A program made the position numbers and the translations under genes. From Podarcis gaigeae (lineage: Eukaryota), in NCBI GenBank assembly GCA_964106915.2, contig OZ066914.1: a stretch of DNA of 64,000 nt. One strand, given 5' to 3'. The notes below the pieces were generated by a model. It worked only from the letters and a program-made list of their open reading frames with translations. It had not been told where the DNA came from and searched no databases. This document shows positions 13,340 through 26,088 of this stretch, in pieces (position 1 is the stretch's first letter; every line of letters begins with the position of its first letter).

Positions 13340-13871
13340 AGTGGTTTTAATGCCACTCTATTCTGCCATGGTCAGTCCACACTTGGAGAACTGTGTCCAG
13401 TTCTGGGTGCCAGAGTTTAAGAAGGATGTTGACAAACTGGGACATGTGCTGCAGAGGAGGGCAACAAAGATGATCAAGGGATTGGAAGCAAAGCCTTATG
13501 AGGAATGGTTGAAGGATCTGGGTATGTTGAGCCTGGAAGAGAGGAGACAGGAGATATGATAGCCATCTTCAAATATCATAAGGGCTGCCACATGGAAGAT
13601 GGAACAAGCTTATTTTCTCTGGCTTAGGAGAGTAGGACCCAAACCAATGGATTCTGACTAAACATCAGGAAGAACTTTCTGACAGTAAGATCTGTTTGGC
13701 AGTGGAATGGACTCCCTTGGGAGGTTGTGGACTGTCCTTCCTTGGAGGTTTTTAAGCAGAGGTTGGATGCCCATCTGTCATGGATGCTTTAGTTGAGATT
13801 CCTGTATTGCAGGGATTTGGACTGGATGACCCTCTAGGTCCCTTTCAGCTCTACAATTCTATGATTCTATG
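13340..13871 (+). mobile_element. CR1 LINE 3' fragment
   Basis: [18 protein letters not shown]...[14 protein letters not shown]1 ORF2 C-terminus; (ATTCTATG)2 tail. Confidence 0.92.
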
Positions 13872-16800
13872 GCATAGAAGCTGATACAGGTTGTGATGCT
13901 AGTTCACCTTGCACATGAAACAATGTATATTTTTTTGTGTGTGTGTGTGTGTATTGTGAAATACACATGCACAAGTGACGTAACCTAAATGTTAGCTTTG
14001 ACGAGATATTCTCAGCTAGATTACTGTTTCTCCCAGAACTCCATTCAGGTGATCCATGGAAAGGTTTTGGAGCCGTCAAGAATTTCTGACTCCAGCTCTG
14101 AACTTGATAGATTCTCTCCCCTGCCCCACAGATGATGGATAATCAAGACTGTTTTGATTAGGGCTAGATTATCGAACAGGCTAACAAGGCCCTAGCGTGG
14201 ACCTAAGATTTTCATAATATGGTGTTGGTGCAGCCTATTAATTTTTCCCTTTGAAAAATCAGTTAAAGTGGCCTTTCTCAGCATCCTGGCTTAGGGCCTG
14301 TGGTTTTCATAATATGGCATTGGTATTGATACTGATACTGACACTGAAGAGATAAGCTCATTTTATTAAGTGGTCAGCAGAGACCCTAGCAATTTTAAAG
14401 TCGTCCATAGAGGGGGGAAATTAGAACTGCTGGCTTACGCCTTGTTAGAAAGTGCCAACTTCACAAACCTTGTTTATGATAATAAACCTCAGACATGTAC
14501 CAATTTGCACAATTTACAGAACTACATCTAACAAGTGGCTTAATTCAAGTGATCAAACCATAGTTTGGAGGATCACGAATAAGCCATGGATTCACACATA
14601 GGCTCCTCACCCCATCCCATATGACGTGTGGCTTTTCCCCCCTGCTTAGTACAGTCCATATTTCTCCATGTTCTGAATAAGCAAAGTTTGGGAATCAGTT
14701 TCAGAAATCTCTTGGCGTGTTTCTGATTCTCCTTTTGGAAGGCAAGCACTTATCAGTTAGCTAATTCAGACATTGTGACAAACTTTGGTTGGTGCTAAGT
14801 AGGTAATGGGGGAAACCATATGTGAGTAGACTGGGAAAAGGGGAAGGGAAGTCTTGTGTGATTAGGAGGGGAATGAGGAAGTGCATGCAACTGGGGCTCA
14901 TTTATGTTCCTCCAAACAGTGATTCCATGGTTTGGTCGATCATCTTTGTAGTCTCAATGTGGGTTTCCTAAACTGACCATTAGTAGCAAATTGCATTCCA
15001 GTACCAGTTTTATCTTCTGTCCTGTTAACTTTTAACGTATGTATAATGCACATCTAAGAATTTTTAAAGGTTTTTTTATTTCATCTTTTAGTATGTGAAG
15101 ATGAGATGTGTGTTTGTCTTCTAGGAGCTGAAAAAGAAATATCTTACTTAACAAATGCAATTTTTGTATGCTGAATAGTTTTCTTTAATGCAGTGGTACT
15201 CAATTAGTGCTGTGCTTTAGATAAGACGGTAGTGCTAGCTTGCTTAAATTCGAAGGGTTATTTCAGTTTATTTCCCTGCCCTAAACCAAAAAGTTCCAAG
15301 TAGACTTTTTGTTTAAAAGTATTAATTTTTAAATGCCTTTTACCATGGTGGATGTAGAATAATCCATCTATCTTCATTAAGGCAAATAGCCTAGAAACTT
15401 GCGGTTTTTCTGTTTGTGGCTTAGAGATGCATGCCTTTGCTTGTCAAGATAAATGTATTATTCTGTAGCTGTCTCCCCTCCCAGTATGGGTATTCAGGTT
15501 GCATAGTAGACCTGACCCAAAGCAAACAAATTCTCCAAGGATAAAGAAATAAAATGTGCATACTCCTAGGAATCTCTTTTCCAGAGCTAAAATTGACATT
15601 TTTATAAATAATTTCCATGTAGCAGACCTCAAACTCACAATCACAGCAATTCAGTGATATGCATTTGGCATGAGTCAGTTTCTGTTCTTAGTGCTTTTCA
15701 TTGGAAATGGCATAAAAAGTAAGATTTCTCTGAATTTTTTATGCTGTGGGCTTACAGGGGACCAAAGATGTTCTTCAGTTGTGGTTGTCTGAGTGTGCAT
15801 GGCAGCATAAATAACGAAGTGGTCATAAACCTCAGCTGCGCTTCAAGGGTCATGTGTTCCATTTAATTTTTAAAGAATTTAGAAACCAACTAAGCAGTTG
15901 ATAACAGGTCAGTTGCAGGTGATAAAAGAGATTTTAGATGGGACATTACTTCTTCTGCACCTAGCATAGCTACATTATATCCTTTGCAAAGAATTTCTTA
16001 TGCATTATTATGTTTCTTCATAAAACTATGGCATGAACAATAGCTAGATGACTGAATTGCAACACAATACATTTTTGAAAGAGCTTTTGTATGTCGTGGG
16101 GTTTAGTGGGGGCTTGTTTGGTTTTTTGCTGGAAATATATGCCAGAAATAGCTTCTTTTCTGAATAACTGAACTGAATTAACTGATTTTAATCACCTTAG
16201 ATGTTAAATCTGTATTTGTAGCATGCCCTCCCCCTGAAATGTTGTTACCTCTGATTGTGTATAGACATTTTTAAAAGTTTTTTTTATTTTTTAAAAAATA
16301 CCTTCAAGTATATAAACACTTGTAAAAGCTATAATTCCACTGGAAGGTCTTGGATTCTTAAAAACACAACAATATATTAGAAAATAGATTTTAAAAAGTA
16401 GTAAAAATATTCCCTTTACTGGTCTATAATTAATCATATTGAAAGAACTTATTAGGATAATAGCTTGTTAAATGGATTATTTCATGATTTGGATAAAATG
16501 TGTATAGATGGAAATTCAGTTGAATGCTAGATTTTGACAAAACAAGCAGTATCATGGACCTTTGATGAGAGGACAGCCGTTGATACAAATATGGAATGTA
16601 GCTGTTTTTCATACAATTTTAAAACCAACACAGATGTATACATAGGTACAGTTTTTAATTTGTATTGGCAGCTTCAAAATATTTAGTATCTATTTCTAAA
16701 CATTGCAATTACTAAACATGGTACTGAATTCCATGCATCCCACAAACTAATTATATTTGCAAGGTCAGAATGAATACACATATTCAGAAAAAATATAAGG

Positions 16801-17276
16801 NNNNNNNNNNNNNNNNNNNNNNNNNNNNNNNNNNNNNNNNNNNNNNNNNNNNNNNNNNNNNNNNNNNNNNNNNNNNNNNNNNNNNNNNNNNNNNNNNNNN
16901 NNNNNNNNNNNNNNNNNNNNNNNNNNNNNNNNNNNNNNNNNNNNNNNNNNNNNNNNNNNNNNNNNNNNNNNNNNNNNNNNNNNNNNNNNNNNNNNNNNNN
17001 NNNNNNNNNNNNNNNNNNNNNNNNNNNNNNNNNNNNNNNNNNNNNNNNNNNNNNNNNNNNNNNNNNNNNNNNNNNNNNNNNNNNNNNNNNNNNNNNNNNN
17101 NNNNNNNNNNNNNNNNNNNNNNNNNNNNNNNNNNNNNNNNNNNNNNNNNNNNNNNNNNNNNNNNNNNNNNNNNNNNNNNNNNNNNNNNNNNNNNNNNNNN
17201 NNNNNNNNNNNNNNNNNNNNNNNNNNNNNNNNNNNNNNNNNNNNNNNNNNNNNNNNNNNNNNNNNNNNNNNNNNNN
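16801..17276. other. Assembly gap (476 N)
   Basis: Run of N. Confidence 1.
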
Positions 17277-17489
17277 GGTTTCCTTAAGCTAGCCAAACCG
17301 CTAATGGTTTTGTTATAAGCTGTCTACTGTTGAAGTGACCTCTGCAAAGTCTCAAGGCACTTGCACTAGGCAGGATTAAATCGTCCAGTTGGTGAAAAGA
17401 ATTGCTATATAGGACAACATGTAATAACAAAAAGCCACCTTGATCTGTATACTTTTTTTTTCCACTTTGCTGTTACACAGAGCTCTTTA

Positions 17490-17990
17490 TTCCCCCTTCT
17501 TAGGGAGAGGTAATTGTCATGTAAGCCTTTAGGCTGCATTTTAATGCAATTATGCATTGTCACGGTCAGAAGAAATTTAGAGGTCTAAAGAACTCTCAAG
17601 TCCTTGCAAAAACGGAAGCGATATATCAATTTATTTCCTCTTGAATTGACCCTTGTGATATTGGCGTTCCAACTACTGTGTCCACAAAGTTTCCGCTGCT
17701 AAATTTAAGGTGACTGCACTGCTGTCACCGCATCACAATGAAATTCAAAGTACACAAACCTAAAGAAGGCTTGAGCTACTGCATATATCGCAAGTGCTCA
17801 CCAGGGCTTTATCCCTGAATCTTACTGTAGCATAATTAACACCTCCTTCATCCACTGCTCATTAGTGCACTGGACATTAATGAGCCTATTTATTTTGATA
17901 CGATTATCTAAAGAAGGGACTCGTTTGTTCTTGCTGCGCAAAAAAGCAATTATAAGATTGCATAGAAATCAAAATGTAGGGTATGTTGCT
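17490..17990. promoter_or_regulatory. Candidate conserved non-coding enhancer in PSMD14 intron
   Basis: No recognisable repeat, retained CpGs, multiple TAAT/ATTA motifs and a T-box half-site (AGGTGTTA on -, 17837-17844); conservation inferred. Confidence 0.45.
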
Positions 17991-18271
17991 GCATTTATGC
18001 TTTTTTATTGCATCCCAGATCTAATTTTAGGTTGCAGGTTGTTGAGCATGTTAGTTTTCCTTAAGACAGTTGCTATAGTGATCACAGTGAATTCCTTTAA
18101 TCTTGGTGTAGTTAAAATATTCTTTTTCTCATTGGTTGTAATGATGCTGTTAAGTAGAAGCAAAATGTCACTCAAGTCATATTTTTGTCCAGTAGTTTAT
18201 TAGAAATGACTTTCTTAATTCCAAATCAGATGCCCTTATGCAATTGCTGTGCCTAGGCATAAAAGCCAGTA

Positions 18272-18496
18272 CAGTGGTACCTCAGGTTAAGAACTTAATT
18301 CGTTCCGGAGGTCCTTTCTTAACCTGAAACTGTTCATAACCTGAGGCATGCTTTCGCTAATGGGGCCTCCTGCTGCCGCTGCGCCGCTGGCGTGCGATTT
18401 CTGTTCTTATCCTGGGGAAAGTTCTTAACCTGGAGCAACTGCTTCCTGCTTAGCAGAGTTTGTAACCCGAAGCATCTGTAACCCAGGGTACCACTG
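18272..18496. mobile_element. Tc1/mariner (pogo/Tigger-like) MITE, complete
   Basis: TA-CAGTGGTACC...GGTACCACTG-TA terminal inverted repeats with TA duplication; internal ttaacc/gtaacc subrepeats. Confidence 0.9.
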
Positions 18497-19725
18497 TATA
18501 ATTTTCTCCAGGGACATATATCTGAGCACTGATCAACAGCACAGTCAAATAGGCAGACCACTGGTGATTATCAGAGACATAGAATTGCCTCTGTTCGAGG
18601 AGCAGCATGGAAATTGATTTGAAACAAAGCTATTGGATGAATGTCTAGGGTTCCCAAAGCGTTTGTGCTTGTATAGTTCCACCACAAACCAGTAGATGGC
18701 TAAAGGCATTTCCATAAACGTTGCCCAAATATGACCTTGTAAAACTGGGCCGCTGTAATTATAACACAGTTGTAAAACCTGATGCTTGGCCATTGATTCA
18801 GCATCGTTTGCAGCAAGCGATTTTGAAAAGTGCATATGGAGCTCAAATACAAGTAGAAGCAATTTTGTTAGAAAACGCCATTGCAGTCTTGGATGGCTTC
18901 CATGTTTTCTAGTGGAGCAGTCAGAATCCATTCTAGGAGTGTGTTAGTACTCTAAAATATGAAGCACCTTTTGAATCTGATACACTGCCAAGTAATTGTA
19001 TCTTTATCCTCAGTGTAAATTCTTTATTTGTGTTGTTTCCTATCAAGTAAGCCTCTAGAGGACTGCAGTGTAGAATATTTAGTTATGTTTTTACTTACTT
19101 TTTATTTATACTCCCTTTTTTGCTGTGGTTGGGCATTTGCAGGTGTTCATAAATTAAAACATCTGGTTCAAATGCTGCTTCAAGAGTTTGGAAAACTGAT
19201 AAGAAACCAACGTTACATAAAAAATACGAGATTTATAACTGAAATTTAAAAGCTGGCGCCGATCTCTAAAATACTAAGCTTTTGTAGTTGCTGTAACGGT
19301 GTCATACAGTTGCCTCAATTTAGGAAGGGAAATCTAGGCATGGGAATGACTTTTCACAGGGCGATCATCTTTCCATCATTTTTCTACTGCATGCATAACA
19401 GGGACAGGGGTACTAGCAACTGCTACACACACACACACACAAACACAATTTATCAGAGCGGTACATGGCCAGTGTCTCCACAGTGTCAGCTGTGACTTTA
19501 TTTCCTTCCTTGTCAGTTGATCAGCTCTGATAGTACAGGAGATAAGAGCTGGAAAAGGAATAGTGTCGTGAGAAGCAACAGCCACAAGGCTGTTGCGGTG
19601 GTGGTTTGTTTAATTTATGACCCATCCTTCACCATAAGACACAAGTGGCTTACAACCATTTAAAATACAGTGTTAAAAACAGTTTTAAACCAGTAGTCAC
19701 AAGGATAGACTGGGTCCTAAATATA

Positions 19726-19953
19726 CAGTGGTACGTCGCGTTACATACGCTTCAGGTTACATACGCTTCAGGTTACAGACTCCGCTAACCCAGAAATAGT
19801 ACCTCGGGTTAAGAACTTTGCCTCAGAATGAGAACAGAAATTGCGCGGCGCCTGCACGCCAGCAGTGGGAGGCCCCCATTAGCTAAAGTAGTCTTCAGGT
19901 TAAGAACAGTTTCAGGTTAAGAACGGACCTCCGGAACGAATTAAGTACTTAAC
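19726..19953. mobile_element. Second copy of the same MITE, inverted, missing one TIR, nested in an old L2 fragment (about 19610-20100)
   Basis: TA-CAGTGGTAC start; cctccggaacgaattaag is the reverse complement of the 18272 copy. Confidence 0.85.
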
Positions 19954-20761
19954 TTAATCTTGGGTGTCAAAGGCCAGGATAAGAGGTACATTTTTTGCAT
20001 ACATTGGAAATTGTATAGTGAAATTGCCAGACGTACCTCTGTGGGGAGGAAATTCCACAACTTAGGGGCTAATTCTGAAAATGCCCCCTCCTGGGCTGTT
20101 AAGCACCCCACCCCACCCCACCCTGGGTCCCAACCTCTTGGTACATATGCGCTTGGGGTTTTCTTATCAGGATTATACAAAGCATCAAGCCACCTCTTAC
20201 ATACTCTCATTTGTTTCTTCTCTTTTTAGTTGCTTCTGTTAGGAAGCACACAGTATATGCATATATTTGGATCTCACTGTCTGGAAATCTAAAGTAACTT
20301 TTTAAACCGGGTGGGGAACCCATCAAGTAAACGACAATGTTAGGTTAAAATTATGTATTTAATTAGGCCAGATAATCATAAGGATAGAAGGAATGTGCAG
20401 GTATCTCTGCCCCCCCCCCCATAAACCCTACCAAATATTTTTGCCTTCAGTTACATCTTACATTGGACAACTTCAGTTACTCTGTGGTACTAATGTGCAA
20501 ATAATAGTTCTTTTTTGCAGACTACCCAAAAGAAATGTGCTAAGCTATTGGGCTTGGGGTGCAGGATAGTGCTAACCCCTTTCAAGAAGCAGTAGGGGGC
20601 TGAGCATGGTGTAAATCTACCTACTAACTCCTGAGTTTTCATTCATTTAATGCAAGTTCTAAAAAAAATGTAAGACACCTTTGTCCCATACTGTTTGGGG
20701 ACTTTTTCTTATAGAACTAATTCCCCAAACTTTATACTTTTGATGGTTTGCTGTTTGTATA

Positions 20762-20950
20762 AGGACACAGGTAGTTGCCTAAATCTGAGTCACATCAAAG
20801 ATCCATCTAATTTAATATTGTCTACACAGACCTGCAGTGGCCCAGGGTTTCAGGCAGTTTTTTGTAGTCTTACCTAGAGATGCCAAGGATTGAATCTGGG
20901 ACCCTTTGCCTACAAACTGGTGTTCTGCCAGTGAGCTACAGATGTCCCCT
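20762..20950 (-). mobile_element. tRNA-derived squamate SINE (same family as 7879-8062)
   Basis: Reverse-complement similarity including ggattgaatctgggacc and gagctac. Confidence 0.7.
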
Positions 20951-21974
20951 TTTGAGTTAATATCAGCCAACAGGGTTGCCACCCTTTGTAAGTCTTCCAG
21001 CAACCACATTAAGCTATGCAGGTTGCGAGCTGAAATGTGGGAGAAGGGTTCTTCAGCGTCTCTTTTTCTCTAACTTCATGATAATGAGAGCTTTGTTAAT
21101 TAGACAGGACTTAAACATTTGATGTGTCATTCATTAGCAAGTGCTTAAAAAAACTTTGGTTCAGGAGTACAATTTATGCTTTTAATTTTCTGAACAATAG
21201 AATCTATAGTTGATGCTTACAGTGCCGTAGGAAAATTCCTATTTGTAGCTGTGTTTGTTACTCATTGGCCTTATGGCAGTGCTTACAATGAAGAATGACT
21301 TGCATCACATAATATTCCAACAATATACTCTTGCATTTGTTATTTCTCTCTTCTGCCATGTAGGCATAAAGGATATGTAATCACCCATAAGTTGTTTGTT
21401 CCACCCTCTGATCCAAACAGTTTAAACTCTTGTTTGCTGCCCTTTGGTACCCAGCTGAAGAGCAGAACCGAACAGCTTCTGTAGCTTGTGGATTGAAAGA
21501 AGATAACCTCTGGATTTGTTTTGCTGACCTCTGGATTTCTTTTTAGCTCTGCTTATTTCAGTTCTGTGGGGTCTCATTGGTAATTCTAACCTTTGAATCA
21601 TTGATTCTCCTTAGTCCATGCAGCTTTCCTACATTTTGGGAGGCCTCTTAGGAATGAATCCTGGCTGCCTCTCTCCTGTGCTCTTAATGTTTGCTTGGAG
21701 TCATAGGCTGATTCAAGCGCTGCTTCCACACAGAAAACATTTGCATTAGGAAGAAGCCTAAAAACTTGAGTGGTTCCTCATCCTGTGATCTCATGCACAT
21801 CCTATTTAACTTGCCACTGGCATTCCCCTAGTGGAGATGTGTGGTTGTGTGTTGATGCAATTGTCTGTTGGTATCATTTCCTAAGGCTCAGTGTGGGTTT
21901 TTGCCATGCTATTCCTACAAAATTGTAAAGCTGCAATATGCTCCTTTCCTTCAACAAGCTTTGCACATTCCTAG

Positions 21975-22107
21975 TAAATAATCCTGCAAAATAGGCTACT
22001 GTTATTATCCTCTTACTACGGATGGAGAGCTGAGAATGTAGCTGGTAGTTGAGGCGAGATAAACTGGGGGTTTTAGACTCTCAGCTCACACTACACTACA
22101 CCACACC
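21975..22107 (-). mobile_element. Degenerate MIR/Ther1-related SINE
   Basis: ttattatcc...gatggagagctgag core and cactacaccacac head remnant. Confidence 0.5.
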
Positions 22108-22745
22108 GATTCTCTTTGCTTTGAGAAAAAGGAAAGTTGGATCACTGCTAAGCAAATCAGCTTGAAGGACTGAGGGCTAAATTGAAAAACAACTTGTCTC
22201 TAGCATTGTAGTCCTTTGTGTTGGTTGCCCCACATCAGAATTTGCAGTGTCTGTTTTCGACCCACCGGGTCCTTTCTGAAGACTCCATAGGCAAAATCAA
22301 GAGTCGCCTTTAAGGCTATGGTTTGAGAGCTCTTCAGGATTAAACAAAAATAAGTAAATAACAAAACAAAAACACCTCCCCGAAAGTTGCCCACTGTATA
22401 TTTACAGTTGTAAGTGACCTTGATTTTTGTTCCCTTCCCTTTTTTGGTTTTGCTTGGTTTTGCTCCTGGCCATGACACTGACAAGGTCGTCATAATCCAT
22501 CCGACAGTTTATAGCCTCTTTCCTACTTGCAGGGAGTAAAAAGCATCTGACTAGAAGGGAATACATGGGGAAAGTTCCTTGCTGACTATAATTTTGTTGT
22601 CATTTCAAGTATTCCAGTGGTATAATTGATGTGACAGGACTGGGCTTTAAACATGGTCCCTTAGCTTGTGCTCACTTTCAGATTTAGTTTCCCTGTCATT
22701 CAATTTGACTAGGTAAGATGTAGGTGACAAACATGTTTTTAAAGT

Positions 22746-22750
<5 letters not shown>

Positions 22751-22783
<33 letters not shown>
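22751..22783. repeat. (TG)n microsatellite
   Basis: Directly visible. Confidence 0.95.
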
Positions 22784-22786
<3 letters not shown>

Positions 22787-22978
22787 CTTAAGCCATCAAA
22801 ATAAGAGTGTATAAAACTTAATTTATTTTTTCTCAACTGCCCCAAAAATGTAGTAATTGGTGTCACTTTACAATACTCAACCTAGTTGTTGTGCTGGTGG
22901 CAGAGACAGCAGGTGGTTCTTTTTTATTAATATTATAATTAAATAATTTTCTGGAGAAAGGCCAAAAAACAGATGTGA

Positions 22979-23215
<237 letters not shown>

Positions 23216-25563
23216 TAATACATATTATTAATATTTGCATACACACACACTTTTTTTTTGGTAAATGTAATCTTCCTCCATAACTCTATCTGATCACTGA
23301 GGTCATTAGACAAGGCCCACATGTTTCTCATATTTGTCCTATCATTACTTGGAGCAGGGTATTTAACAATAAAACTCCATCTTTATGGAACATTCTTCCT
23401 CCTGAAATTAGATAGGTACCAACTGCAGTTTGTTTTTGTTTATCCAGGCATTCCTAGGTTGTTAATATCAGCTTTGTAGGCCACCAGCCTTTGTGTAAGT
23501 TGTTGAACTGTATTTTAAACATTTGTTAATTTTATATTTCATTTTATAATACACTGATTAGAGCATTTTGAATATGAAATGGCTTATAAATAGAATAAAT
23601 TACATTTATAAAATACTAACTCTTACTATAGAGATGCAATATTACAGCCAAAGTTAAGAGATTTCATTTTGCATAAAGATCTATAGTGACTCATTTTTAT
23701 GGCTGCCATGCCCCTTGTTTTTCCAGAGATCACATGCAGATTTATCAGATTTTTATAGGTGTGTGTTAGAATAAATTATATCCACATTGTTTTGTTTTAA
23801 ACACTGATGCTTCTTCTGTTCTCTCTTTCTGTTGGTCCTAGTTTTTCATTTAAGTGCTGGGTTCATAAGGGCAGTTCCATTGAATCATCAAATTAATTGC
23901 ATGGAATATCTCTGCTGACTTCAGTAGCTCTGCTAAACAAATCTGTACTTATGGGGTTATAGCTTGCCTCCATTAAAACTTCAATCTTAGCTCCTCAGAA
24001 AATAGGCCTTTTTGGATATTTCCTCATAACCTGAGATTTTATTTGCAGTGTGATCCAAAATACAAGTCGTGGGTTTGCACGCATCCTCCCATGTTCTCTT
24101 TAACCACGGGTTGAAGATAAAGGGGATAATTCATTCTATCCAAAGTTGTGCATGTAAAAAGCTTAATAGTCAAGTTACATGCAATTTTTATGTATCTTGG
24201 GGTTTTTTAATGATTTTTTTTTTTTTTACTGTCTACAGTAAACCACTTAGAGAACTTTTGTAGTCATAAGGCATATAATTTTTAGAAATAAAAACAAACA
24301 CCCTATGTTATTTTATCTTGTAAGAATAATCTGGCATTTAAGACTACAGTTCTTGGAGTTGGATATAAACAGAGCTCCATACAGGAAGCTTCTTGTTTCT
24401 TAAACAAGCATTCCCTCATGAATGATTAATGCTTTGTCGCTATCATTCTCATGCTCTAATGACGATAATTTCAAAAATATATATATATTATTTTTTCTTT
24501 CAAAATGAATTTTAAAAGGCCCAGATAGTTGCCACAAAGAACCTTAATTATTTCTCCAAAGATTAATTACGGGAGCACCAATAGCAACATATGCTGTAAA
24601 CACTGAACTTGCCTTGAAAACAGCATAGTACCACTGTTGAGTTGGAATCATAGGCTCCAGCATTTTCTCTCACCCTGGAGACTTCCTATCTAGTCATAGC
24701 CATAAACTCCTCAGACTTCAAAATGTATATTGGTAGCATGAATGCAGTAGCTTAACAAAATATTGAGTAAACCAAAGAATGCTTGTTTAATAAGGTGGAA
24801 GTATATTACTCAATTTGAATCTGTGCAAACTGCAGATCATAATGAGTATAGAAGAACCCACTAATGTTTTTGATTGGGTGCGGGCAAGCCTGTGCTTGTC
24901 TGTTTCTAGAGAATATATTACTGGGCTTTTCAAGGCAGCATGTAATGACCTCTCTGGCAAACCCCAAAGTGTCATGCTTCATTATTATTTTGTTTTAGAG
25001 AGTTCATTAATACCTTGGTCTCAGATCAGCTGTTAAAAGCATTGCCAACCTTTGCAGGTTCTTTATTCCAAGCCCAAACCTAACAATTTGTATATTCCAA
25101 CATTCCTTCTAAATTACCATCCACTAATATGTGTCATTCCTTAGAAACAAGAAACAAGAATTCAAATAGTTATGTGTCTGCATGTGGAATAACAGCTCTT
25201 GTCGTATAGGATTTTGTTGTAGCAGCTCCTACTGTCAAAGAGACAAGCTGCTGTTTGGCTTCTAAAAGCGATTCTATCTTTTTAGTGATAGAAACTGTGG
25301 CACCAGAACAGGCAGAAAACCCTCTGTCCTTCAAAAAACAGCAAAACTCAGTTGAGGCTGTGGCTCTCCCTTGTGCAGATCTGATATTACTTTGGATCCT
25401 GGCCAGAAACAGTTACATGCATTTATTTAACTTCCATTTGAGACAAATACTCATGTTAAAAGTTTAACTATTGTCGTGTGAAAATTGTCTGCTTTGCTTA
25501 AGGCCATTTTAAGATTGTATTTTACATAACTGCACCAAAATTAAAATTTTGGGTGACAGAATA

Positions 25564-25680
25564 GGGGTTGTATCCAATGTTGGTCCTACTCAGGGTTGTC
25601 TCATTGAAAATAATGAACATGTCTACTTTGGGTCTATTAATTTCAGTAGGTCTGATCTGAGTATAACTTAGATACATCCT
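25564..25680. mobile_element. Short palindromic MITE-like element
   Basis: ggttgtatcc...tactcag...cattgaaa.taatg / attaatttcagt...ctgagta...gatacatcc imperfect hairpin. Confidence 0.55.
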
Positions 25681-25968
25681 TACTAAAAGCATTAATCATC
25701 TTCTATACCTAGTTATAGTCCCCTACTTGTACCCTTTGGAAATGTGTGCTTCATTTTGGATGCGTTTCTAGCAAAATATAAAGTACAGCAAAATATGTAA
25801 TTGATGGCTATATATTTGGGCAGCTTTGGATATGGAAACCTAAACAACTTTCAGGAAAGTTTTTCAAATTACAGCTCAAGTCCATGTTTCTAGACTTTAA
25901 TCAGATTCTTGCATGTATTTAGTAGAAATTATCAGATATATTTTATTTATTGCTTTTAAATGTTCTAG

Positions 25969-26088
<120 letters not shown>

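Noticed and set aside
6214-17318. ORFs containing long X runs
   Set aside because: Artefacts of the two N gaps
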